64,000 bases of DNA, from assembly GCA_964499705.1 (NCBI GenBank), contig CAZCME010000001.1, forward strand, positions 72,943 through 136,942. Direction: 5' to 3'. This DNA is from an uncultured bacterium (GTDB taxonomy: Bacteria; UBA8481). The translations under genes and the position numbers were made by a program. Of this stretch, positions 33,764 to 43,212 are shown one piece after another (positions within the stretch are counted from its first letter, which is position 1; the number at the start of each line of letters is the position of its first letter). The notes beneath the pieces were generated by a model. It worked only from the letters and a program-made list of their open reading frames with translations. It did no database searches and was not told the origin of the DNA.

Positions 33764-34824
33764 AATCGACCGCAAAGAAGACCTTCATGATCTGGCTCGG
33801 ATTCGCCATTTCCGCCGTGGCCGTCTATTTTGCCTTTCGAAACGAGGACCTGGGCAAGGTCTACATCGCCATCAAGCAGGCGAACTGGCTCATCCTCATC
33901 GCGTCGATGCCGATCATGGTTCTCACGGTCGTCCTGCGCGCATGGCGCTGGCGATATTTTCTCAAGGCCGATTCGTCCACGCTCCGTTCCCGATATAACG
34001 CGGTCAGCATCGGTTTCTTCATCACGAACATCCTGCCGCTCCGGCTCGGCGAGTTCGCGCGCGTGCTGGTATTCGCGCGCAGCGCGCGGAGAAGCAGGAT
34101 AGAGGTATTCGCGACGATCGCCGTGGAGCGCTTCTTCGATATCCTGGCGCTCCTCATTCTCTTCGTCATGATATTGCCGCATATTCCGTTCGATGCCATT
34201 CATGGCGGAGACGCAACGGATTCCTGGTATTACCGCTATTCGCCCCGCACGCTCATGGCGTATTCCATGGGGATCGTTCTGTGCGGTCTCATCGGATTTC
34301 TGCTCCTGTGTCACTACGGGCGCACGGTCTGGCACTGGCTCGTGGACTCGCGCGACATCCGCCACCCCATGCTCCTGCGCGTCGTCGGTTCCCTGTTCGA
34401 CGGCCTCGAGACGCTCTGGCATGACCGTAAGGTGCTCCCCGCGCTTCTGGTCTCGGTGCTGCTCTGGTTTTCCGTCGCGTTCAATTTCTGGATCACGCTC
34501 TTCGCGTTTCCATCCGGAGAGACCACCCTGGGATCCATCATGGGGCTCGAAGGATCCATCTTCCTGGATTCCGTGCTCTGCTTCGGAGTGGCCGCGCCCT
34601 CGGCGCCGGGTTTCTTCGGCGTCTGGCAGCTTGCCACCAAGGCGGCCTTCATACCCTACCCGTCCGCCGACAGTTCCGCGGTCTCCGCGTTCGCGATTCT
34701 TGTCTTCCTGATCCAGTATTTTTTCACGCTCGGCCTTGGCCTGGAGGCGTTGAAGAGCGAGGGGATGTCGATTTCCGACGTCAGGAACGTGGGGGCGGAC
34801 GAGGCCACTTCCAACGGAGCCTGA
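33760..34824 (+). CDS. LPG-synthase TM / flippase-like domain protein (UPF0104)
   Basis: RAWRW, NILPLRLGE..R, ER.FD, PSAPG.FG; multi-TM. Confidence 0.85.
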   Translation: MKSTAKKTFMIWLGFAISAVAVYFAFRNEDLGKVYIAIKQANWLILIASMPIMVLTVVLRAWRWRYFLKADSSTLRSRYNAVSIGFFITNILPLRLGEFARVLVFARSARRSRIEVFATIAVERFFDILALLILFVMILPHIPFDAIHGGDATDSWYYRYSPRTLMAYSMGIVLCGLIGFLLLCHYGRTVWHWLVDSRDIRHPMLLRVVGSLFDGLETLWHDRKVLPALLVSVLLWFSVAFNFWITLFAFPSGETTLGSIMGLEGSIFLDSVLCFGVAAPSAPGFFGVWQLATKAAFIPYPSADSSAVSAFAILVFLIQYFFTLGLGLEALKSEGMSISDVRNVGADEATSNGA

Positions 34825-34861
34825 TATTTCGCCGATCCGCCGCGTTCGAGTTCATCTGCCC

Positions 34862-35515
34862 TTGCCGGGACTGTTGGCCTCCCGGCGCGTCGATTTCATT
34901 TCCGACATCCATCTGCGCACCGCTGACGACCTGGAACGCTTTGTGGCCGCGTCCTCGTCGCCCGGTTCCGATGTGCTGCTGCTCGGCGGGGACTACGTCG
35001 AGAAGCAGCGGTATATCAAGCCTCTCTTCGATCACCTCCAGAAGACCTATCGCAGGATATTCGCCGTCTATGGCAATAACGATCATATCGCTCACAGGAG
35101 GCTTTCCGTGATCGCGCGGAGGCCGCGCATCACATTTCTCTTCGATGAGGTCGTCGACATGGATGGAATCCGCCTCCTGGGCACGCGTGATCCTGCCAAG
35201 TCCACACCGTGTCTGCCGGCAATGCCGGCCGGCCCGCTCATTGTGCTCGCTCATTCACCCGATATTCTCCTGGATCTCCCTCCCCGGCGACCGCTGCTTG
35301 TTCTCGCCGGGCATGTTCATGGAGGCCAGTTCAGGATTCCGGGATGGCCGTTCTGGTGGTCGCATACGAAAATCGGCAGGGCCCATGCGGAAGGAAAATC
35401 TCGTCGCGGCAGAAACGAAATCTTCGTCGGCCGCGGGATAGGTTGTTCTCTGCTGACGCTGAGAAATGTTCCTCAGGAGATCTATACCATCTCGCTGGAA
35501 CCGGTCGGCGCGTGA
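34862..35515 (+). CDS. Calcineurin-like metallophosphoesterase
   Basis: SDIH, GGDY, GNND, AHSP, GHVHGGQ; start uncertain. Confidence 0.8.
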   Translation: MPGLLASRRVDFISDIHLRTADDLERFVAASSSPGSDVLLLGGDYVEKQRYIKPLFDHLQKTYRRIFAVYGNNDHIAHRRLSVIARRPRITFLFDEVVDMDGIRLLGTRDPAKSTPCLPAMPAGPLIVLAHSPDILLDLPPRRPLLVLAGHVHGGQFRIPGWPFWWSHTKIGRAHAEGKSRRGRNEIFVGRGIGCSLLTLRNVPQEIYTISLEPVGA

Positions 35516-35997
35516 AAAAGTCGTATGATTTCTTTCTGCCGGCGCTGGCTTTCGGAGCCGCGCTCATGGTGGCCGGTATCATCATGTGGTGCGAATCCGC
35601 GGCGCTCCTGGCAAAAGGGCAGCGGACGGAGGGCGTCTTCGCCGTTGTCGAACGAAGGACGATCGTTCCTCCCCAGAAAGGCGAACGGGGAGGTAAACCG
35701 CAGATTGTTCTGTCGTTTCACCGGGAAGTTAACTTCAATGCGGGCAACGTGGAATATCATCGTGAGCTCTTTTACGGTCCGTTTCCCTGTCGATTGAACC
35801 AGGGGGATAGAGTGGGAGTCGTCTATCTCCCGGCGGATCCGTGGACTTCGCGGGGGCAGGTCCTGTCGGATCTATGGGGCGAGGGACTTGTCTGTTTTCT
35901 TCCGGGACTTCTGCTCGAAATATTCGGTTTCATCCGCATGAGGCGCAAGCGCTCGCTCTATCCCGGCCCGGACAAGAAATATTACGCGGGGTGGTGA
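35512..35997 (+). CDS. DUF3592-like membrane protein
   Basis: TM, beta domain (G.RT.G...GDRV.V.Y.PADP), TM; GTGA overlap with the upstream gene. Confidence 0.55.
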   Translation: MKKSYDFFLPALAFGAALMVAGIIMWCESAALLAKGQRTEGVFAVVERRTIVPPQKGERGGKPQIVLSFHREVNFNAGNVEYHRELFYGPFPCRLNQGDRVGVVYLPADPWTSRGQVLSDLWGEGLVCFLPGLLLEIFGFIRMRRKRSLYPGPDKKYYAGW

Positions 35998-36040
35998 TTC
36001 ATCCCGCAAATCGTATACACTGTCGCGGTGACGAGGCAGC

Positions 36041-36847
36041 ATGACGACCGTTCATGACGTTGTGAAGAGTGTCGAGTCGATATATCCGACCCGCTTCGCC
36101 ATGCGCGATGACCGCATCGGGCTCATGGTGGGCTCGGCGTCGCGTGTCGTCCGGTCCCTGGTTGTCGCGCTCGATCCGGATGTTCCCGCCGTGGATGCGG
36201 CGCGGAAGGAAGGCGCCGATCTCATCGTCTCGCATCATCCGATCTGGTGGAAAGCTCCGAAGACTCTTCTCGCGCATGAAGCGTCGGGTCGCGGAGCCAT
36301 CGCGGCGGCCGCCTGCGGTATTTCCGTGATCGCCGCGCACACGAACGCGGACTTCGCGCCTGGAGGTCTATGCGATGCCCTCTGTTCCATGCTGGGCGTT
36401 GTCGATCCCGTGCCGCTGGTTCTTGATGGGGAGGCTTTGGTCGGCCGCTCGGGTGCCGTGAAGAAGCCGATACCGGCCGCCCAATGGCTGCAGTCCCTGC
36501 GTCGCCGTTTCGGCCCGGGTGTCCGTTCGTGCGGTCTGCCTCCGCGGAATATTTCCCGGATCGCGGTCTGCTCCGGATCGGGAAGCGACCTGCTCGGCGC
36601 GGCCTTCGCCTCGGGCACTGATGCCCTTGTGACAGGGGATGTCAAATACCATGCGGCTCGAGACGCGGAGGAACTGGCTCGGAGCCGACGCGCCGAAGTA
36701 GGCGCGACAGGTGGATTTCTCCTGGTCGATGCGGGACACTTCGCCACGGAACGTATCTTCGTGCCCCGCACCGTGAAGAAGTTGAAGGCGCTGCTGCCCG
36801 GTGTCAAGGTCCGGGGATTTCTGGAGAAGGAGCCGTTCCGGCGATGA
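36041..36847 (+). CDS. Nif3-like dinuclear metal centre protein (YbgI family)
   Basis: D..GLMVG, ALD, SHHP, HTNAD, CSGSG, TGDVKYH, DAGHFATE. Confidence 0.92.
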   Translation: MTTVHDVVKSVESIYPTRFAMRDDRIGLMVGSASRVVRSLVVALDPDVPAVDAARKEGADLIVSHHPIWWKAPKTLLAHEASGRGAIAAAACGISVIAAHTNADFAPGGLCDALCSMLGVVDPVPLVLDGEALVGRSGAVKKPIPAAQWLQSLRRRFGPGVRSCGLPPRNISRIAVCSGSGSDLLGAAFASGTDALVTGDVKYHAARDAEELARSRRAEVGATGGFLLVDAGHFATERIFVPRTVKKLKALLPGVKVRGFLEKEPFRR

Positions 36848-37533
36848 TCGACGTGCTGCGCGAGCTTTTGCGGCTGGGCGAGGAGGAAGCGCGCCTGTCG
36901 CAGCGGATGGAGCCTTATCGCGCGAGGCTGGATACGTTCGCGCGCGCTACGAAGGATGCCCGCGGGAGGTCTGAGAGCGCGGCGTCGGAACTCGTGTTGA
37001 AGAACAAGGAACTTCGATCTCTGGAAGGGGACCTGCGCGTGATCGAGGAGAAGATGAAGACGGAGAAGAAGAAGCTCGATGCCGTAGCATCCCTGAAGGC
37101 CGCGCAGGCTCTCGAACACGAAATCGACGCCCTGAAGAAGAAGGCCGGAGACCTGGAAGATCGGATTCTGGAGCTGATGGAGATCGTGGAGAGGATCGAG
37201 TGCGACAGGAAGTCGTCGGAAGAGGAGTTGAAGACGGCCGAGGCAGAGGAGAATTCGCTGCGGTCCGAGATCACGGCATGCGAAGCGGAGGTTACGGCGA
37301 AGAAGGCCGCGGTCGCGGCGCAGATGGACTCGGCCGCCGCGAATCTGCCTCCGGAGTTTCTGAAGAAGTGGAATGCTCTGCGATCAGCAAAGGTCACTCA
37401 CCCGGTGACTTATGTGGACGCGGAAGCCTGCGTCCGTTGCCGGTCCGAACTGAAACCGAATTCCCAGTCGAAGCTGCATGCGGGGCAGGCCGTGATCTGC
37501 GATCAATGCAAGAGGATCCTGGTGCCGGCGTGA
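36844..37533 (+). CDS. Coiled-coil + C4 zinc-ribbon protein (DUF164 family)
   Basis: Long coiled coil, C-terminal CVRC...CDQCKRIL; usual position after nif3. Confidence 0.85.
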   Translation: MIDVLRELLRLGEEEARLSQRMEPYRARLDTFARATKDARGRSESAASELVLKNKELRSLEGDLRVIEEKMKTEKKKLDAVASLKAAQALEHEIDALKKKAGDLEDRILELMEIVERIECDRKSSEEELKTAEAEENSLRSEITACEAEVTAKKAAVAAQMDSAAANLPPEFLKKWNALRSAKVTHPVTYVDAEACVRCRSELKPNSQSKLHAGQAVICDQCKRILVPA

Positions 37534-37542
37534 ATCTCGTGA

Positions 37543-38241
37543 TTACCCGCGTTTGTTTCCGCGCTGGAACACGAGGCCGAGAAGCAGCAGGGTTCCGAGA
37601 ATAAAAAGCGCCGGATAAAGAACCGGTTGCGATGGGGAATCGGCTTGATTTGCCGATTTGATGATTTCCTCCGTTTGATCGTGTGTGTCCGGTGAAAGCC
37701 CGGACGGAATCTCCGGGCTGGCGACGCCTGTGTCGAGTCCTGTGTCCGATTCCGCCCGCGCGGTGATCTCGAGCGGGGCTGAAAACGGATCTTTCTCCGG
37801 CAGGAAGCATCTTACGGCGTCGCAGGCTTGATACGAAAAAATCCCCTGGATAAGAACGCGGCCCGGTTCGGCTTCGCGGGAGACCCGGTAGGGGACGCTG
37901 ATCGTGATCCGGCCTTCGTAAACGGAGATCGGTTCGCTGGAGCCACCCGCGGCAACCAGGATTCCCTTCGGGTAGCGCGGCTCGGCGAACGAGAGCGGTC
38001 CGACAGGGGAGAGTCGAATGTCCGAGGGGATGAGATAATCGAACGAGGCGGGATGAGCGTTGATGTGATACGGAGCAGGGATGTTGATGGTGAGAACGAG
38101 TTGCCCCTTCCCGCCGACCTCGATCCGCGGCGGCTGGGCGCGCACTTGCACGTCGATGTGTTTTCCCGCTCCGACCGGCGGGCCTGAAAGCGCGATGAAC
38201 AGAAGAAGGCAGGCGAACCGAGAGGAAGCGGAAAGGTTCAC
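37543..38241 (-). CDS. Stand-alone DsbD N-terminal (alpha) domain protein with C-terminal TM anchor
   Basis: Signal peptide, YHINA, YP.G, VYEG, YQACDAVRCFLP, C-terminal hydrophobic helix with basic tail. Confidence 0.75.
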   Translation of the reverse strand: MNLSASSRFACLLLFIALSGPPVGAGKHIDVQVRAQPPRIEVGGKGQLVLTINIPAPYHINAHPASFDYLIPSDIRLSPVGPLSFAEPRYPKGILVAAGGSSEPISVYEGRITISVPYRVSREAEPGRVLIQGIFSYQACDAVRCFLPEKDPFSAPLEITARAESDTGLDTGVASPEIPSGLSPDTHDQTEEIIKSANQADSPSQPVLYPALFILGTLLLLGLVFQRGNKRG

Positions 38242-38244
38242 GAG

Positions 38245-39336
38245 CTACAGGTATTCGAAGAGCACGACTCCGTCATAGGTCTTGCCGCGCTCGCGGAGGA
38301 AGTCTTTCCAGGAAATCGTCGTGACACGGCCGATCCTGCTAGATCCGTGCAGAAGCAGGCGTCCCTGCCAGAGGAGAGATTCATGCACGACATCGAGGCC
38401 GTCCTTCAACCTGCTTTCCTGGACGAAGGCGACTCCCATCGCTTCCGGGAGGACGCCGGCCTGGAACATCTTCGGAAACCGCTCGGCGAAGTCGATCGGG
38501 AGAAAATCCACGCGCCGTTCTCGTTCCCAGTCGATGTCGATCCAGCGCGAACCGTTTTGCCTGCGATTCAGCGTCACGAGCCGTGACTTCACGTGTGAGC
38601 CTCCCACCCGACGCGTGATGTCGCTGTCGTATGGCGAGACATCGAGCCGGTCGGTAGTGAAATGAAGGCGTGATTCGTAGGACATGACCTCATGGCGATA
38701 GTTGGCTTTGATCATGCACGGATCCTCGTCGTCGCTTGTTGCCGCGTGTGCAAGCGCTTCGGCGACGAGATTCATGGTCGCGCAGTCGGCCTTGTCGAAG
38801 CGGATGAGCGGATCGGTATCGGGAGGCATCATCTCGCCCAGGGGGCCGAGGGCGTACGGCGTTCCGACCTGCAGAAAGGCGAGAGCGGCGACGCGCCGCG
38901 GCACAGGCCAGTCCGCCAGCCGCCTGTAAAGCTCATTGCGTTCCCCGGCGGAGAGGGCTCCCAGTCGCGGCAGCGCCTTGTCGGCCAGTCGCGACGGATC
39001 CTTCCGGGCCAGCGCGCGGGAAAGTGAGGAGGGGAGCGCCGGCCTGGACACTGCGGGTCGGGTCGCCGGTCGCGATGAGGGCCTGGTCGCCGGTTGCGTT
39101 GCGGGGCGGGTCGAGGGGCGCGAGGCGGGACGCGTGGAGGGTTGCGAAGCGGGCTGAGACGCGGGCTGAGACGCGGGCTCCGGCGGCACCGCGCAGCAGG
39201 ACGGCATGCCGGAAACCTCGTTGGTTCCGCCCAGTGCGATCAGGAGCAGCAGGCACGAGAAAAATCTGAAATCTGAAATCAAAAAACGTAAATATGAAAT
39301 TGCGATGCGATTCATGTCTTGCGAAAACGTTGTCAT
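38245..39336 (-). CDS. DUF1460 (NlpC/P60-superfamily amidase-like) protein with repetitive linker
   Basis: GTPY..GPLGE, DCAT, RLHF, VVH motifs; (A/S)(S/T)(Q/R)P repeats; start uncertain. Confidence 0.7.
   Translation of the reverse strand: MTTFSQDMNRIAISYLRFLISDFRFFSCLLLLIALGGTNEVSGMPSCCAVPPEPASQPASQPASQPSTRPASRPSTRPATQPATRPSSRPATRPAVSRPALPSSLSRALARKDPSRLADKALPRLGALSAGERNELYRRLADWPVPRRVAALAFLQVGTPYALGPLGEMMPPDTDPLIRFDKADCATMNLVAEALAHAATSDDEDPCMIKANYRHEVMSYESRLHFTTDRLDVSPYDSDITRRVGGSHVKSRLVTLNRRQNGSRWIDIDWERERRVDFLPIDFAERFPKMFQAGVLPEAMGVAFVQESRLKDGLDVVHESLLWQGRLLLHGSSRIGRVTTISWKDFLRERGKTYDGVVLFEYL
39058..39180 (-). repeat. Coding 12-bp tandem repeats encoding ASQP/STRP/ATRP tetrapeptides
   Basis: PASQPASQPASQPSTRPASRPSTRPATQPATRPSSRPATRP in the translation. 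Confidence 0.8.
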
Positions 39337-39680
39337 GTCCAGGAGATCTTCCGCCTTCCGCCGTATCCGGCCTCATATCCGTGTATGTACTCGATTTGAT
39401 CCTCGCCCAGCTGCCAGCAGAAGTAGAAGCCGTCACCGGAGTCGAAATCCACGAGCCAAAGCCCCTTAGGCTCCGCGCCGATCTCCATGATCCCCCGGCT
39501 CCATTCCTGAAGCCGCGCTTCAGCTTTCTCTTCCATGGCCGCGCGCCGCGCTTCATTCGTCTCCGCGGTCATCTCCTCGCGGATCGCCTCCACATCATCA
39601 TGGCATTGCTGCGTCAATTCGCGGACGAGCGGCAGTTGCGCGCGCGCTTCCGTCAGGGTGAATATTTTCTTGGCGGGCAT
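39333..39680 (-). CDS. DUF2203 family protein
   Basis: FTLTEA...LP, KGLWLVDF...FCWQLGE..I.Y.H...G..GR. Confidence 0.85.
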   Translation of the reverse strand: MPAKKIFTLTEARAQLPLVRELTQQCHDDVEAIREEMTAETNEARRAAMEEKAEARLQEWSRGIMEIGAEPKGLWLVDFDSGDGFYFCWQLGEDQIEYIHGYEAGYGGRRKISWT

Positions 39681-39769
39681 GGCTGCAATTGTACCGGAAA
39701 ATGATGAGGACGAACGAAATAAATTGGAAGCATGCGCAGCGGCGCGGCCGGGGTATACTGGAGACGGTC

Positions 39770-40867
39770 ATGAAGATCACGCTCGATGCCACCGCGCTCC
39801 TGTCGCGTCCTTTCGGGATAGGTCAGTATGCCCTGAACCTGATCCATGCCCTGGCGCGCCAGGAAGCTCCGCATCATTACGAACTCCTGTATCACTGCAT
39901 GAGGGAATCCGGCCGGAACTTTCATGTGCCCGAGGATCCCCGTTTTCGCCGCCGCCTGCTGCGCCTGCCCTTCGCGGCGGCGGACCTGGCTTTGGGGAAG
40001 GGGAAGATTCCCGGCGACGCTTTGCTCGGCCGTCCTGATCTCTTCCATGCGACCCGGAATCTTCTGCCGCGCTTCCGGCATGCGAAGTCCGTGTGGACCT
40101 GTTACGACGTCTCCTTCAAAGTGGAGCCGGCCTGGTTCGATCCCGAGACGGCGCGCGGGCTCGACGAGCGCGTCAAATCCTGCCTGGACAGGGCCGATCA
40201 CGTCATCGCGATCTCGCGGCACACGGGCGAGGACCTGACGTGTCTGTACGGATATCCGTCGGACCGCGTGACGCCGATCCTCCTGGGGCCGTCGGAAGCG
40301 GCGCGCGAGGTCGCGGAGCTGCCCGGCAGCATCCCTCGGCCGTACATTCTCTTCGTCAGTTCCCTCGAACCCCGGAAGAATGTGGCCCGCCTCGTCCGCG
40401 CGTTTTCGCGGATGAACACTCCCCACTACCTGGTCCTGGCCGGCGCCCGTGGATGGAAATATGAGGACATATTCCGGGAGATTGTTTCGTCCCCGCGTCG
40501 CGACCGGATCGTCTGGCTCGATTACGTGGCTCCGCCTCTTCTCGCTGCCCTGTATCGCCATGCGGACCTCTTCGTCTATCCGTCGCTATACGAAGGTTTC
40601 GGCCTGCCCGTTCTGGAAGCCATGATGCACGGTTGCCCGGTCGTCACCTCCCATGTGGCGTCGCTTCCGGAAGTGGGCGGCGACGCCGTGCTGTACGTCG
40701 ATCCGCAGGACGAGATGGATCTCGCGGAAAAGATGCGGCAGGTCGTGACGGACCAGGCGCTCCGCGAGGACCTCGTGAGAAGGGGAACCGAGCGCGTGGC
40801 GATATTCGACTGGAACGCGACCGCGCGGGCCACCCTCGATGTCTATAAGGCGATCCTGAACATGTGA
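39770..40867 (+). CDS. Glycosyltransferase family 4
   Basis: [36 protein letters not shown]. Confidence 0.92.
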   Translation: MKITLDATALLSRPFGIGQYALNLIHALARQEAPHHYELLYHCMRESGRNFHVPEDPRFRRRLLRLPFAAADLALGKGKIPGDALLGRPDLFHATRNLLPRFRHAKSVWTCYDVSFKVEPAWFDPETARGLDERVKSCLDRADHVIAISRHTGEDLTCLYGYPSDRVTPILLGPSEAAREVAELPGSIPRPYILFVSSLEPRKNVARLVRAFSRMNTPHYLVLAGARGWKYEDIFREIVSSPRRDRIVWLDYVAPPLLAALYRHADLFVYPSLYEGFGLPVLEAMMHGCPVVTSHVASLPEVGGDAVLYVDPQDEMDLAEKMRQVVTDQALREDLVRRGTERVAIFDWNATARATLDVYKAILNM

Positions 40868-40955
40868 ACCCGTTTCGCCCCGGTGAGCCTTAACAGCTTT
40901 ACATTTCGCGAGCGATATTGTAACTTCTGTCCCACTTGAATATCCGGAGGTTACC

Positions 40956-41387
40956 GTGGGAGCTATTGATACAGCCATAAAAGGTCTGATTGTGCGTCTG
41001 GCCAGGAAAGAAGCGCGCAAGATTACTTCGTCGATTCGCGATGAAGTGAAGAGATTGAAGAAACGAAATGTGGAACTTAAAGCCGCGATTAGCGCGGTCG
41101 ATGAGCAGACAAAGAAGATGTATGCGAAGGGTCGTCTCGAGGAGACGGCCAGCAAGGCGGCATCCGGCCAGGTGAAGGGCCGGCTTTCTCCGCGTCTCGT
41201 CAAATCGCTCCGCTCCAAGATGGGGCTATCCCAGGGCAAGTTCGCGAAACTCCTCGGCGTCAGCCTCGGCTCCGTCGTCAACTGGGAACTCGGGAAGATG
41301 AATCCTCGTCCGGAGATGCGCCAGAAGATGCTTTCCTTCCGCGGCATGGGCCGGCGCGAAGTGAAGCTGATTCTCGAAAATCTGTAG
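40956..41387 (+). CDS. XRE-family HTH protein with N-terminal coiled coil
   Basis: LRSKMGLSQGKFAKLLGVSLGSVVNWELG; GGAGG RBS before GTG. Confidence 0.85.
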   Translation: MGAIDTAIKGLIVRLARKEARKITSSIRDEVKRLKKRNVELKAAISAVDEQTKKMYAKGRLEETASKAASGQVKGRLSPRLVKSLRSKMGLSQGKFAKLLGVSLGSVVNWELGKMNPRPEMRQKMLSFRGMGRREVKLILENL

Positions 41388-41394
41388 AGGAGCG

Positions 41395-42330
41395 TTAAGC
41401 TTTCTTCTCGTACGCGATCGCCAGGTTGAAGGACCAGTCGGCCGGAAATAACTTTTCAAAGGTTCGTGTCCAGACCTGGTAGAAGCCCGCGTACGCGATT
41501 CTCAGAAGCGAATGGCGGCGCACGCGGTAGGAAAGCGACACGAGCGCCCTCAGGCAGAGTGATTTCCTCCGGTACTCGTTGTCGAATTGCCAGGCATAAT
41601 TCTCCGGATGCTGAAGGAAGGTCCGATTCGTCGCTTCGGCGGCCAGTCGTTTCATGCCGAAGGAATCGAAGCGGGCGATCGCCTGCGAGGCTGTTTCCAG
41701 GCCGTAGTGCCCCATCTGATCGATGAAATACTTTTTCCATAGCCCCGTGTGCCGCATGGCCCACCGATAAAGAGGCTTCTGCGAGTCGAGATCAAGGACG
41801 TGCATCATCCTGCCGCCGGGTTTCAGGACGCGCAGCATCTCGTTGATCGCCGCGTTCTTGACCTGCGCCGGAATATGCTCCATCACATCCACGGACACGA
41901 TCGCATCGAAGAAACCGTCGGGGTAGGGAAGAGCCAGGAGGGATGCCACGGAGACCTCGTCGTAGAGGGTGGCGGCCGATTTCAGGCGGGTCGGCGCGAG
42001 GTCGACGCCGTGAACCCGTGACGCGGTGGAAGCGACAAAGCGGAGCCCCACGCCGCAGCCGATGTCGAGGACGACGCTTCCGGGTTTCAGGTGGGCGGCA
42101 AAGAAATAGGTGATGCCGCCGTCGAGAAAGAAGAGCTTCCAGCGGGGCAGGACATGATCCCAGTGCGCCGCCGGGGTTTCCTCGTACTTGGAATCGACGG
42201 CCTCGAAATAGACGAGACCGTTACGGCGCGCGAATTTTGAATGACAACGGGCACAGGCGGCGCTTGATTCGTCCAACGTGATGGGTCCGCGGCAGGCGGG
42301 ACAGACGAAGGAGTGGCCGCCGGATTTCAG
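41395..42330 (-). CDS. Class I SAM-dependent methyltransferase with N-terminal CxxC/CxxC
   Basis: CPAC...CARC, VLDIGCGVG, LPYPDGFFD, RVLKPGG; start unclear (possibly CTG in a CTGA overlap). Confidence 0.8.
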   Translation of the reverse strand: MKSGGHSFVCPACRGPITLDESSAACARCHSKFARRNGLVYFEAVDSKYEETPAAHWDHVLPRWKLFFLDGGITYFFAAHLKPGSVVLDIGCGVGLRFVASTASRVHGVDLAPTRLKSAATLYDEVSVASLLALPYPDGFFDAIVSVDVMEHIPAQVKNAAINEMLRVLKPGGRMMHVLDLDSQKPLYRWAMRHTGLWKKYFIDQMGHYGLETASQAIARFDSFGMKRLAAEATNRTFLQHPENYAWQFDNEYRRKSLCLRALVSLSYRVRRHSLLRIAYAGFYQVWTRTFEKLFPADWSFNLAIAYEKKA

Positions 42331-42863
42331 CGCATGTACCCCGGATATTTCTTGTTCACGGCGGCGATGACTGTGGCTTCCGACATGCCCGCTTCCAGTC
42401 CGGCCGCGATGAATCTCATTACATCCTGGGCTCCGCCCGGATGCGTGCACCCGCAGGTCGAGATCAGGTCATTGCCGTCGCACGTCCCGCATTTGCAGTA
42501 GAATTTTTCCGCGATGGCCAGCACGCGCGGATCGCCTGTCGGCTCCGACAGGGCGGCCGGCGCCGATCCCGAAGCGGGCGCGGTCATTTCAGATCCGGAT
42601 AGGTTCTCGACAGCGGTAGTTCCGGGGGAAGAAGCCGTGTGGGATTTTCCGATCTGGAAGAATACGAAGACGACCGCACCCATGATGAGAGCGATGATGA
42701 AGCCCCCGAACGGCGAGATCGTGAAGACGAGATTCCTGGACGAGGCTGCCGGAGCAGACGTGGATGAACCGGCGGCTTCTCCGGTTAATGCCATACCGCA
42801 TTTCGAACAGAAGCGAGCGCCGGTTTCAAGCTTGTTGCCGCATTGCGTGCAGAATTTCTTCAT
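42327..42863 (-). CDS. Zinc-ribbon + TM + Cys-rich CcmH-like C-terminal domain protein
   Basis: FCTQCG...FCSKCG, one TM, FYCKCGTC...CGC.H; TAGAAT 7 nt upstream of the ATG. Confidence 0.65.
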   Translation of the reverse strand: MKKFCTQCGNKLETGARFCSKCGMALTGEAAGSSTSAPAASSRNLVFTISPFGGFIIALIMGAVVFVFFQIGKSHTASSPGTTAVENLSGSEMTAPASGSAPAALSEPTGDPRVLAIAEKFYCKCGTCDGNDLISTCGCTHPGGAQDVMRFIAAGLEAGMSEATVIAAVNKKYPGYMR

Positions 42864-42935
42864 GAGGAGGATTCTATGCGATCCCGGCAGAAACGGAAAT
42901 TTGAATATGCGGGAGTCGTGATAATGGCAGGACGA

Positions 42936-43156
42936 CAGAAGTTCCCCAACTGAAGAATCTTTAACCACGAACCACACGAACCACACGAATCACACGAAAA
43001 TATGCCTTCGATGAGATAAAATAGAGTCACAGTCGCGGAGGGGCTTCGACTTCGCCGGTCTTCTCCTCAGGTGTCCATTAAGCGACGCTTCTTCCCTTAA
43101 TTTTCGTGTTTTTCGTGTGGTTCGTGGTTTCGGGATTTGTAGATGGGGAACTTCTG
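42936..43156. mobile_element. MITE-like non-autonomous element, 221 bp
   Basis: Perfect 13-bp TIR CAGAAGTTCCCCA / TGGGGAACTTCTG, subterminal AACCACGAACCACACGAA inverted repeats, flanks gCAGGACGA / aCAGGACGA. Confidence 0.7.
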
Positions 43157-43212
43157 ACAGGACGAAATCCCCCCTTGAGCGGATATCCCCCTCGTTGTAG
43201 CCTCAATTCCTT

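Noticed and set aside
37533-37800. RNase P RNA or rnhA, often found after nif3-DUF164
   Set aside because: No GAGGAAAGTCC-type rnpB signature; the space is occupied by the convergent DsbD-like gene.
40956-41387. XRE protein as the antitoxin of a TA pair or a prophage marker
   Set aside because: No adjacent toxin, integrase or phage gene.
42963-43130. Possible CRISPR array (CACACGAA repeats)
   Set aside because: Units are ~9 bp, contiguous and inverted, with no spacers and no cas genes.
42870-43212. Cobalamin riboswitch upstream of bluB
   Set aside because: No AGGGAA / GCCACTG / B12-box arrangement; the region is explained by the MITE-like element.
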